DNA from: Eledone cirrhosa
Lineage: Eukaryota
Assembly (NCBI GenBank): GCA_964016885.1
Contig: OZ024760.1
Location: forward strand, 32,364,001-32,428,000
Direction of reading: 5' to 3'
DNA length: 64,000 nt
Part shown: positions 41,783-52,660 of the stretch, one piece after another
How positions within the stretch are numbered: the stretch's first letter is position 1
Layout of the letters: each line of letters begins with the position of its first letter
The notes under the pieces: generated by a model
What the model was told of the DNA's origin: nothing
The model's database searches: none
The model's input: only the letters and a program-made list of their open reading frames with translations
Made by a program: the position numbers and the translations under genes

Positions 41783-41890
41783 CAGTTGCGATACATAGGA
41801 AAAATAGTTTTTATGAGAAACAATTTGTTCATATTACATGTTCTACGGGGGAACTTGCAAATGTAATTATTTATCTTGTGTATTGCAACC

Positions 41891-41892
<2 letters not shown>
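41783..41892. mobile_element. Small degenerate MITE
   Basis: Imperfect TIRs ca-gttgcgatacatagga / tcttgtgtattgcaacctg, embedded in (CA)n/(TG)n. Confidence 0.45.
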
Positions 41893-41921
<29 letters not shown>

Positions 41922-41934
41922 GTGTATATATATA

Positions 41935-41996
<62 letters not shown>

Positions 41997-41997
<1 letters not shown>

Positions 41998-42148
41998 CGT
42001 ATTTCCTGGCACTGAAGACGCTTTGCCCTCGAGGACCCACCCTAATTTTGACAACCAAAAATAATAAACAACCTTCGGCCACCAGACGCATGGTACATTG
42101 TTGACTTATTTTAGGAAAGAAGTAGCATCTTCAACACCAGGAAATACG

Positions 42149-42149
<1 letters not shown>
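41997..42149. mobile_element. 153-bp MITE with CCGTATTTCC termini (Tc1/mariner Tc2-like)
   Basis: TIRs ccgtatttcctggcactgaagacgct / agcatcttcaacaccaggaaatacgg (13 bp perfect, ~26 bp imperfect). Confidence 0.7.
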
Positions 42150-42194
<45 letters not shown>

Positions 42195-42859
42195 GCACAC
42201 AGGAGCTTATATGTGAAGGAATGAATATATATATACACAAGCACACAGTTTTTTGTCAAAGAACACGTGTATATCTATTGTCTTCAGCTCCCAACACCAG
42301 CTGCTTTCATTACTGTTCCCTCCCCCCTCCCCCGATACCAACGTATGGACATAGAAACAAGCAGAAGGAAGGCAGGAAAGAAAGAAAGGAATATTCTGTT
42401 GGATTTCAAATAAACTTTGTTCACACTTGTAAAACGTTCTTTGGTCTTCTCTTTGTTGTCTAATGTAAGATGATAGGGTGAGAGATGACTGTCTTCTCTT
42501 TGTTGTCTAATGTAAGATGATAGGGTGAGAGATGACTGTCCATCCTGTCCTGTTGTCACTATATATATCACGACAAAACACAGTCCATGCTGTAATGTGG
42601 CCGTGTAGGTAACACGGCAAAAAGTTCCCATTTCCACACTGTAAATGTGGTTGGTGTTAGGAAGGGCATCCAGCTGTAGAAAACCTGCCAGATAGTCCTA
42701 TATGAGTGAGACATGGTCACCAACCAACCTTGACTTAAGTGGAACAATTCCCGTCTAACCCATGCTAGCGTTGAAGATGGACATTAAACAATAATGATAT
42801 ATATTTGTATGTATATTTTATATAGATATATATTTGTGTGTGTATGTATGTATGTATGT

Positions 42860-45480
42860 ATGTGTATGTCGGGACGTTGGCGACTAAACTGGCAACCCCA
42901 CCAAGGTTTCTTGGTGAGGAGGGTGACTTTGGACATCCTGCAGGACTAAAAACAAAACCTGTCAAAGGGCAAAGGAGCTCTTAAGAGTCAATGGCCATCC
43001 AAAATCACCGGGAGAGATGACCCCTTAGTCTTTGTCAAGGCAGAATTCTAGAAGGAAAACTCTGATATAACACCTGCAACCCTGATGGTATCCAATGATG
43101 TTGACTTGTTCTTCTTTTTGGTAAATATCATCTTGGTTAAGAGAGTGGGACTGGCTTTGTGCAGTGCCTTTGCTCACTATAAAAGCTTCACGGCACAGGC
43201 ATTGCTTTATATCTGGAGATCTCTCTGCACTTGTCCTCACATGGTACCAGCACTATGTATCAATAATTGTCACAAGTGTAGTGTTTGTACCAGAGTTTTC
43301 AATACGCTGGCTGGACTAAAAAGTCACACTCGTTCAGCGCATCGGTAGGCGTTCTCCTACATGGATATAAAGTAGTGGCCGTACTCGAAAACGAGTTGGC
43401 AGCCACCATGTGTATGTATATATATATATACATATACACAAGTATATACATTTATATATAGAGAGATGTGGATATGTGCTGCTTGCAAGAGGTGCCTCAG
43501 CAAGACTAATCGCAGACAAACAGCTTAGCTATAAGCTTCTCTGGTAGGAAATGATGGGTTAGGAGGGGTGGGCATTTTACTGGCCGAGAAGTGGATCAAT
43601 AAGACAATAGAGGTAGTTAGAGTCAGTAATAGAATAATTAAGCTTAGATTAGTTGTAGGCAAGAGACTGCTAACAATTATCTCTTCCCAAGCAGAGGACT
43701 GCTTTTACGAGCAACTTCTAGAGACAATCACAGGGGACAGAGACCTAGTTGTATTAGCAGGGAACTTCAATGGTCATGTTGGACAGCTTCAGGATGGATA
43801 CACTGGGATACATGGTGGTCATGGTTATGGCTCAAGAAACAAAGGAATGAGGCTTGAATTTTGTGATGCAAGTGAACTAACCATTTGCAACACTAACTTC
43901 AAGAAACTTACCAACCACCTAATAACCTACAATGAGCACATTGTGCACATGAGCCAGATTGACTTCTTGCTAGTTAGGCAACGAGACAGGCAGATAGTGT
44001 CAAATACCAAGGCATACCCTGGCGATGAATGTACCCACCAACATAGGTTAGTCGTTAGTGACATCTCAATAAGCAAGAGACAGAATGAGATGCACAGGAA
44101 GGTCTGAAAGCTAAAATACCTTTCACTAAAATATAAATTTAGGAAAGCCCTTCAAGATGTGTATGACGAGAAAGAAGACAAATTAGAATCATTTGACATA
44201 GATGGTAACTGGAAGTTCCTACGAGACATCCTAGCAATTAACTGAAGAGACTTGTGGCTGGAGCAGAGCTCCAACCAGACAGAGGGTGACCTGGTGGTGG
44301 AACAACACGGAAGATAGGGCCATTGAAGACAAAAAACAAGCATGGAAGGCTTGAGAAAATGGTGGGAGTAGAGACCGATACTCAGCCTCTAAAACAGGCT
44401 AGACGTCGGGTGTACTTACCATACAAGGAAGCTGAGAGCAGGAGGTTTGCAATGATAAGATCAGAGATGTGCGGTGTTCTACATTGCAAGGCAGTGTGTC
44501 CGAAATGATGCTGGGGCACTTAGTGTCACTGATGCTCAGAAAAAGGAGGCCTGGAAATGTTATTATGAGAGACTGATGAATGGGGGAGAGAGAAACTACC
44601 CCCAGTAGACTCAACAGATTGAGATTGAAGACTATAGGGTCAAAGAGGCAATTAAGGAAATGAAAAATGGTTAGGCCACTGGACCGTCGGGGATAGTTGC
44701 TGAAGGTATCAGAAGTAGGCACTAAACTGGTTGTACACATCAATCAGGCTATATATGGCGGTGTCATACCCAAAGACTGGTGCAGCAGTAATCTCATAAA
44801 TTGCTACAAAGGTAAAGGGGATGCTCTGGAGGGGCATAAAACTGATGGATCAGGTTATGAACAAGACAGAAAGAATGCTAGTGCAACTAATTAGAGAAAA
44901 GATCAACCTAAATGAGATGTAGTTTGGTTTTGTGCCTGGGAAAAGTAAAACAGATGCCCTCTTCTTAGTGAGACAATACAAGAGAAGAATAAGCCACTAT
45001 ACTTAGCTTTTGTTGATCTAAAGAAGGTGTTTGATAGAGTACCCCGGTTATATGATGCCTGTGTGAGATGCACGATACTGCATTGTAGTGAGACATGGGC
45101 ATCGACTGCAGAGGATATGCCATGGCCAGAGAGAAAAGAAGCAAGCATGCTCCGTTGGATGTGCAATGTTAATGTGCGTGAACGACCAAGCATGGCCGAG
45201 TTGAGAGTGAAACTATATAAGAGGGATAAACTGTAGTGTGCAGGAGAGAAGACTGCGTTGGTATGGACATGTGATGCGCATGGAAGATGACCGCTGGGTA
45301 AAGAAGTGCCAAGAAATCCCAGTAGAAGGAAGACCACACAAAACATGGGCGGAGGTGGTGAGAGCTGACCTCAGATCGCTGAAACTCGTGGAGGAGATGA
45401 CAAGTGGAGAGATGCTGTGCTGAAAAGGAGCCGTCCCACCCTTGCAAGCAGGGAAAAGCGGACGTAAAATTATGATGATT
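42860..45480 (+). mobile_element. Decayed RTE-clade LINE (APE endonuclease plus reverse transcriptase remnants)
   Basis: ORF 43568-44107 has endonuclease motifs (GVGILL, LAGNFNGHVG, SQIDFLLV, HRLVV); RT motifs FGFVPG and LAFVDLKKVFDRVP near 44920-45045; stops, frameshifts and an internal deletion at ~45047; tail gggaaaagcggacgtaaaa(tga)n. Confidence 0.9.
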
Positions 45481-45554
45481 ATATATCTATAAATATATAT
45501 TTGTTTATATATATATATATATACACACACATACACATATATAAATAATAATAA

Positions 45555-45665
45555 TAATGAAAATATTGTGTACAGTGCTCAGGCGCACTACAACTCATCA
45601 AAAGTATGTATAGTACATAGGGTAATGTACAAACGTCAGGAAAATGAACAATGCATGAGTCATGA
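45555..45665. repeat. Dispersed repeat fragment (second copy ~53205-53290)
   Basis: attgtgtacagtgctcagg(c/t)gca(c/a)tacaactcatcaaa...tatagtacata...taatgtacaaa present at both sites. Confidence 0.6.
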
Positions 45666-45842
45666 TATACACATGTGTGCATGTGTATGGAAGGGGGACA
45701 TCTGGTGTAACTTCTATTTTATATATATATGTAGGAGGTGAGTTTTATTGTAGCACAATAAAACAATGCAAATATCGGATAAGTAGTTGATTTAAAACTT
45801 CACTATTCACAAGTATTTTTTAAGCTTCATATCATGTATCCC

Positions 45843-45913
45843 TATTTTATCTGATGAAAACGCAGATATCATCCCATGATGATATTTGTTTTTGAAATGC
45901 GCATAATAAAATA
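45843..45913 (+). ncRNA. Minimal type-I hammerhead ribozyme motif (HHR1)
   Basis: Stem I tattttat/ataaaata; CUGAUGA 45851-57; 16-bp stem II with one mismatch; GAAA 45894-97; U-GCGC-A palindromic helix III; AUA cleavage triplet, cut after 45905. Confidence 0.8.
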
Positions 45914-45963
45914 CTTGGAACTCTTTTAACCATCTTTTGATCTTATATTATATATATATATAT

Positions 45964-46845
45964 AAATATGTGTAAATATGATAATAAGGACGCTGCGGAG
46001 TTGCAAATGGGTTACATATGAAAAAAGTTTGTCCTTCATCAGTGGTCTTCCAACCATCATAGGCATTTCATCGCTTTAAAGACCATATACCTCCGGTTGG
46101 TGCGAGCAACGGCTAAAAAAAGTCGTTGGGACACGTAAATAAAGGGGACGCGAGGGTAAACAAACAAAATGGTGAAGCAACAGAAAGTGATGAAGAAAGA
46201 GACAAGTCCCAGATTTTTATGAATTTAAATTCGGTGAAATCGTGAACGAGAGAATAAAGACCATCAAACCTGGTTGAAATGTGAGCAAGGAAGGAATTTC
46301 GCACAGGTCTAACGGGAAGAAGAAGAGGTCTGGTCTGCGAATTCGGTAAACATAAGTTCTGTGAAATCGTAGACGAGAGAGAGAAAAAAAATTCATACCA
46401 GCTTGGCCAAGAGTGCGCGAGAAAAGAATTACACACAGGTCAAACGGGAAGAAAGAGGAGGAGGAGAGGTAGTGACAGAGAATGAGTGAGTGAAGGGTGA
46501 GGAAGAGGCTAACAGAGAGAGAGACTGCTAGAAAGGGTAAAGATACATAGAACGAAATAGATGGGTAGCAGCAGAGGAGAAAATATGTGTAAGTATGATA
46601 ATAAGGACGCTGCGGAGTTGCAAATGGGTTACATATGAAACAAGTTTGTCCTTCATCAGTGGTCTTCCAACCATCATAGGCATTTCATCGCTTTAAAGAC
46701 CATATACCTCCGGTTGGTGCGAGCAACGGCTAAAAAAAGTCGTTGGGACACGTAAATAAAGGGGACGCGAGGGTAAACAAACAAAATGGTGAAGCAACAG
46801 AAAGTGATGAAGAAAGAGACAAGTCCCAGATTTCTATGAATTTAA
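45964..46845. repeat. 265-bp direct repeat pair (45964-46228 and 46581-46845) around a purine-rich spacer
   Basis: Offset 617 bp; about 3 mismatches seen by eye. Confidence 0.9.
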
Positions 46846-46887
46846 GGGACAAAAGGGGGCTTTTGGCCTAAATGGGTTGAGAACCTG

Positions 46888-47718
46888 TGTTTTAGTACAT
46901 TTATTAGTATAGTGTAATATGTTAGTACATTTATTAGTATAGTGTAATATTTTAGTATATTTATAAGTATAGTGTAATATGTTAGTACATTTATTAGTAT
47001 AGTGTAATATTTTAGTATATTTATAAGTATAGTGTAATATGTTAGTACATTTATTAGTATATTGTAATATGTTAGTATATTTATTAGTATATTGTAATAT
47101 TTTAGTATATTTATTAGTATAGTGTAATATGTTAGTACATTTATTAGTATAGTGTAATATGTTAGTATATTTATTAGTATAGTGTAATATGTTAGTATAT
47201 TTATTAGTATAGTGTAATATGTTAGTATATTTATTAGTATAGTGTAATATGTTAGTATATTTATTAGTATAGTGTAATATTTTAGTATATTTATTAGTAT
47301 AGTGTAATATGTTAGTATATTTATTAGTATAGTGTAATATGTTAGTATATTTATTAGTATAGTGTAATATGTTAGTATATTTATTAGTATAGTGTAATAT
47401 GTTAGTATATTTATTAGTATATTGTAATATTTTAGTATATTTATTAGTATAGTGTAATATTTTAGTATATTTATTAGTATAGTGTAATATGTTAGTATAT
47501 TTATTAGTATAGTGTAATATGTTAGTACATTTATTAGTATATTGTAATATTTTAGTATATTTATTAGTATAGTGTAATATTTTAGTATATTTATAAGTAT
47601 AGTGTAATATGTTAGTATATTTATTAGTATATTGTAATATTTTAGTATATTTATTAGTATAGTGTAATATGTTAGTACATTTATTAGTATAGTGTAATAT
47701 GTTAGTATATTTATTAGT
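46888..47718. repeat. 30-bp AT-rich minisatellite, ~28 copies
   Basis: Unit tagtatatttattagtatagtgtaatatgt. Confidence 0.97.
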
Positions 47719-48057
47719 GGCGTGCGATTGCTAAGAGGGCCTGGGACTGTCTGGGTCGGTACGTGATGCTGGCTCGTCCCAGACCACCTTGGAGATAATT
47801 CGCAAACCATTTGGTAAAAAAATGTGAATTATCTCCCCTTGATTTTAAGAATTCATTTTAATTTGCATTTTTCCAAAACATACATTTCATATAGATTCTT
47901 TTTTGAAACTTAATTTACATTCTTAGTTTCTTTTTTCGTCATTTACAATCTTAGTTTTAGACACTTCATTTACCTTAGTTTCTATTTAATCATCATACTG
48001 TTCAAAGGAGTCAACTCTTTAGTTTTTTGTAAGAGTTACCTCCCTTTATATGAACTA

Positions 48058-48166
48058 TAATTGTTTCTACTTTTGGCACAAGGCCAGCAATTATTCAGTG
48101 TATTACTGGTACTTTATTTTATCGACCCTGTAAGGATGAAAAGCAAAGTTAACCTCGGCGGGATTT
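48058..48166 (-). mobile_element. 5'-truncated copy of the SINE at 37357-37545
   Basis: attgtttctacttttggcacaaggccag...ctggtactttattttatcgaccc...aaagttaacctcggcgggattt nearly identical to 37355-37461. Confidence 0.85.
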
Positions 48167-49451
48167 AATGTAGGAGTTATCTACTAGTTATCTACTATAT
48201 TATGAAATATTTACGTAGGTTTGTAGAAAATACGTCTTTTTTTCTGAAGAGAATTGATTAGAAGACATTTATGAGGCTAAAATCTAATTTATTTTCACTG
48301 TCAAAATAGTAGCACAACTCGTGTATATTCATGAGGGAAAACAAACTGAACACAATTTGTATATAATATGTAAACTTTTTTATTAACAGACACGTCAGAA
48401 AACTTCTCATCGGCAAACAACACATGACCGAGAAGGACATCTGTAAAAGAAATGAAAGAAATATATATATGAGTCATTTATATACATTGTCAATAAAAAA
48501 AATATCAAACTTTATCAAATTCTTCCAATTTTGTCTTTTACTATAAATATACAAATGTATACCTGTTCCTACATTGACGAACGGGAAGATTGCCATGCAG
48601 CTGTGTGATGTATGATCTCGCTGAGGGCCCAGGAAAAGAAACCAGCTGAGTACCCGAAAGACATGGTTACAGCATTGAGCAAGGCACCACTGGTGTTGGG
48701 AGGTCGAGCGAAAATATGCCAGGAGCTGGTCAAACCTTGGTGTAGTTAGGATCCACTCTGACCTAAGGGGATACTGCCAACACCCTGGTCACTTCTGTCA
48801 TTCTAAAGAAACACCAGTTTAATTATTTAACTGGTAAAGTCTTACATTTACAGGCCATAAACAAACATATAGAAAATCTCGCACAATGCCATGAAAAGAT
48901 ATTCACGTTATATAAAAATTTATTGAGCAGTATCTAATAAAAACAAAACACTCTATTAAAGGGATGAAGGGAGAGGGGCAGCCACACCCACGGGGTCACC
49001 GTCGAGTGTGAGAGATGGACTCTCACAGCTGACATGGAACAAAGAATACAGTCATTTGAACACAAGTCCATCAGAAACAAAACACAGCTTTGTTAGGCAG
49101 TGAGTCAACAAATATGTTGGCAGACAGGAATAACTCTGTGTCTGAAACCTTCTTTCAGGGGACAGTCGAACGAGAGGTAGAGAATGAAAATCCCTTCTAC
49201 ACAGAATAGAGACCAGTGGTGACAACTGACCAAGGGTGGCACCTCCACGTCTGGCTGCACCAGTAGCACATCTAGTGTTGTACCCAAACGACTGACTACA
49301 CCAGTGGCACAGTGTGACACCTGTGGTACCCCCAAAGACAGGGTGTACCAGTTGCAGGGTAATGTGTTGACAGAGAGAAAATCCCAAACAAATTTACAAC
49401 AAAACACGAGGATATCATGTGACCAAAGGGTGTCTTTAGCCATTATATATA

Positions 49452-50920
49452 TCATCATCATCATTTTACGTCCGCTTTTCCCTGCTATATATACCTATAG
49501 AAGTGTATATATTTATACACACACGCATGTATATATATAATTCTAACCTTACTGACTGTTTCATTATACATAGCTTGTATAGCTCTCACAAGCCATTCAT
49601 CTACACATAGTTTTCTAAGAGCCCAACAGATAATGGAGCGGGGGACTCTGTCAAAGGCTTTCTCCAGGTCTACAAAAGCTAAGTAGAGGGGTTTACTTTT
49701 AGCTAGGTACTTCTCCTGTAGTTGTCGTACAAGGAAAAGAGCGTCTGTGGTACTTTTACCTGACACAAACCCAAACTGCATTTCATCTAGATCAATTCGC
49801 TCTCTGATTAGTTGCGCTATAACTCTTTCTGTGACCTTCATGACCTGGTCAACTAACTTAATGTCTCTATAGTTTCCCCTTTACCCTTGTAGCAGTTAAT
49901 GATGATGCTGCTACGCCAGTCCTTTGGTATGACCCCATTCTGTAGTACTTGGTTAACTATACGGGTGACCATAGTATGTCCCACCATTCCAGATGCCTTC
50001 AACATCTCAGTAACTATCTCCGAAGGCCCAGCTGCCTTGCCTGTCTTCATATCTTTGGTTGCCTTACTTATTATACTACCTTTAACTTGCACCGCTGGTC
50101 CTTCTATTGGATCGATTTGGGGCAGACTATCTTTTCCCCATTTATTCTCCTCATTTAATAGTCTCTCGTAGTGACACTTCGAGGCTATCTTCTTATCCCC
50201 GACAATATCACGGTTTTCCTTGACACATTGTCTAGCAATCCTGAACACCTCACGTAGAACATGCTTGAACTTTCTATCCTCTGCTTCCCTTTTTGCAAGG
50301 TACACTTGTCTCCTAGCTTCTCTCCTGGCCACTTGATAGTGCTCTCTACTTACCCCATCCTGCTATACTTTCCAAGCCTGCTTTTTAACCTTGATTGTCT
50401 CTTCCACCTTACTGTTCCACCATCAAGTTACTCTCCTCCTGCCAATAGGTCTGCTCCAGCCACAGATTTCATCCGTTGCATTCAGCAGGTTCAGTTTCAA
50501 GAATTGCCACTGTTCCTCTATATTGCACATCTCTAATTGCTCTTCCTTATTGTCAAAGGCATCAAGTAATAAGCTTTTAAATTTGTCACTGGCTATGGGG
50601 TCCTTCAACTTCCATATTCTTCTCCTCAGTGTAGGCCTCCTCTGTCGTCGAGTACGTCTATTCCTGACTATGAGGCCACTAACTACTAGGCTATGTTGGG
50701 AGGTACATTCTTCACGGGGGAGGGATTTAGTGTTTACAATAGACACTTTGTCCCGTCTTCTAGTAAGGTTATAATCTATCTGACTGGTGTGTTCTCCTGA
50801 TCTATAGGTGATCAAGTGATTTTTTTTGTTTTTTGAAGTTTGTGTTACAGATAAGTTTCTTTTATTTGCCACAGGGTTACAGATAGTTAGGTTATTAGAG
50901 TCACAGAATTCCAGGATTAC
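49452..50920 (-). mobile_element. Decayed RTE-clade LINE, same family as 42860-45480, opposite orientation
   Basis: ORF remnants ILEFCDSNNLTICN...SQIDY...HSLVV; MKTGKAAGPSEI...IPKDWRSSIIINCYKGKG; MQFGFVSGKSTTDALFLVRQLQEKY...LAFVDLEKAFDRVP; tail at 49452-49485 is the reverse complement of 45447-45480. Confidence 0.92.
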
Positions 50921-51602
50921 AAATGTTTCCCAGATAGCCTGTTCGTGATCTGGGGTGATCCCAGACCAGACTCCCAAGTCTCCCTGATCCTTAGACCAGT
51001 GTTAACAAAAATCCCATCAAATCTGAAGATGACCCAACCAGACACTAACAACCCCGTAGAATGACCAATCACAGACCTAGAATCCAACAGACGCTCGTAT
51101 CCCGGAAAATGACTGTTATAAACAAAAAACAAAAACAAAATACAAGCGATCACACACATACACACACTTGCATAAAATACCTACACACACCTTCCCACAA
51201 GTAGAAATTGTACATGTACATACAATTACACACACTCACGTACATACAAACATATATATGCACACATCGTCACATATACACATACATACATACATATAAA
51301 TACACACGCATACATACATACATCATAAAAAAACAAAAAATGCAAAATTCTACCCTCCAGAAGTAGATTGTGAGAGGGTTCATACGGGAATAGAGGTAAC
51401 CCTTTAGGTCAGAAGGGTCAGCGTCAGGTGTAATATAGTCCATGGTGGTGGTGCAGTCAAAATGGTAAGCATGCCACTGCAACATCCTACACACATTGCT
51501 GTCCGGTATTATGTCCTCGGGAGAAGATGCGCAGGTAGACCTCTCCATGGTCCTCAGCTGAAAGCGCGCTCTACCCAGGGGGGAGCATTATATGTGCAAA
51601 AT

Positions 51603-51684
51603 TTATTGGCAACATGACCCTCCCAAAGTATAACAATATATATATATCTATTGTTATACTTTGGGAGGGTCATGTTGCCAATAA
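51603..51684. repeat. Perfect 36-bp inverted repeat around a (TA)n loop
   Basis: ttattggcaacatgaccctcccaaagtataacaata (51603-51638) is the exact reverse complement of 51649-51684. Confidence 0.95.
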
Positions 51685-51773
51685 GAAACACATGCACCTG
51701 TTGGTTTTCACTTTAATATATAAATATATATATATATAATATAAAATCAAAAGATGGTTAAAAGAGTTCCATG

Positions 51774-51844
51774 TATTTTATTATGCGCATTTCAAAAACA
51801 AACATCATCATGGGATGATATTTGCGTTCTCATCAGATAAAATA
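51774..51844 (-). ncRNA. Minimal type-I hammerhead ribozyme motif (HHR2), paralogue of HHR1
   Basis: Minus strand: tattttat-CUGAUGA-gaacgcaaatatcatc(ccat)gatgatgtttgttttt-GAAA-UGCGCA-UA-ataaaata; flanks ~51735-51905 homologous to ~45785-45950. Confidence 0.8.
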
Positions 51845-52238
51845 GGGAGAGATGATATGAAGCTTAAAAAACACTTGCGAACAGTGAAGTGTTAAATCAA
51901 CATATGGAAAATAAGATAAGATGGCTATATGAGATTGGAAAAAAGGAATGGGGGAAGTAAGAGGGAGAAAGAATATAGATAGAAAAAAATATAATAATAA
52001 GGAAAGGATGACGGAGGAGGAGTATAAGAAGGTAGGATGAGAGAGGAGGAGAAATGAGTGTGAGAGAGAGATAACCTTTAATATTGAGAAACACTGTCTC
52101 ACAGAGAGAAATTAAAAAAAACCGTTGTAAGATAATACATAATTTAAAAAGATTTAGAAATTAAAAGTTAATGAGGTTTATGAATGGTGATGTTTATGAT
52201 TAAGGAAAAAGGAATTAAGAATAGTATTTATTTAAGGT

Positions 52239-52271
<33 letters not shown>

Positions 52272-52316
52272 GTGACGAAACATAAGTCAATTACATGAAC
52301 TCATAATTCTTTATTT

Positions 52317-52372
52317 ACTGCTATATATAGTTCGATGATAGCCATTGAATGGCTATGACCTCATCAGGCAGT
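52317..52372 (-). ncRNA. Hammerhead-like motif (HHR4) with GAAC core variant, possibly inactive
   Basis: Minus strand: actgc-CUGAUGA-ggtcatagccat(tca)atggctatcatc-GAAC-UAUAUA-UA-gcagt; all helices present, conserved A15.1 replaced by C. Confidence 0.55.
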
Positions 52373-52492
52373 TAGTCAGTTCTTAGATATGCCAGCTCTG
52401 TGTGTATAGTGTTGATGGTATCTATCCAGCGAACCTTCAACCGTCAAGGTTGTTTTTCTACGGGTATGTCAACATTTATAAAACAAATTTTG

Positions 52493-52557
52493 TATTTTAT
52501 CTGATGAAAGCACACCAAGACTGCCTTGGTTGCCCTTGAAATATATATAATAAAATA
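52493..52557 (+). ncRNA. Minimal type-I hammerhead ribozyme motif (HHR3)
   Basis: tattttat-CUGAUGA(52501-07)-aagcacaccaag(actgc)cttggttgccctt-GAAA(52538-41)-U-AUAU-A-UA-ataaaata; cut after 52549. Confidence 0.72.
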
Positions 52558-52595
52558 ATTATGGTTTTATAAATATAGATTCCATTTATTAATAT

Positions 52596-52660
<65 letters not shown>

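Larger units (their letters stand above)
39030..42190. repeat. Compound microsatellite field (TA)n/(CA)n/(TC)n with derived minisatellites
   Basis: Long (TA)n and (CA)n runs; tatgtctatatattta units ~39760-40110; ~32-bp cacactctctctcattctctttgtgtgtatata units ~41250-41620. Confidence 0.95.

Noticed and set aside
39024-42463. Ile/Tyr/His/Thr-rich ORFs
   Set aside because: Translations of (TA)n, (CA)n and (TC)n microsatellites.
46842-47810. 322-aa hydrophobic ORF (YYTILINILT)n
   Set aside because: Translation of a 30-bp AT-rich minisatellite.
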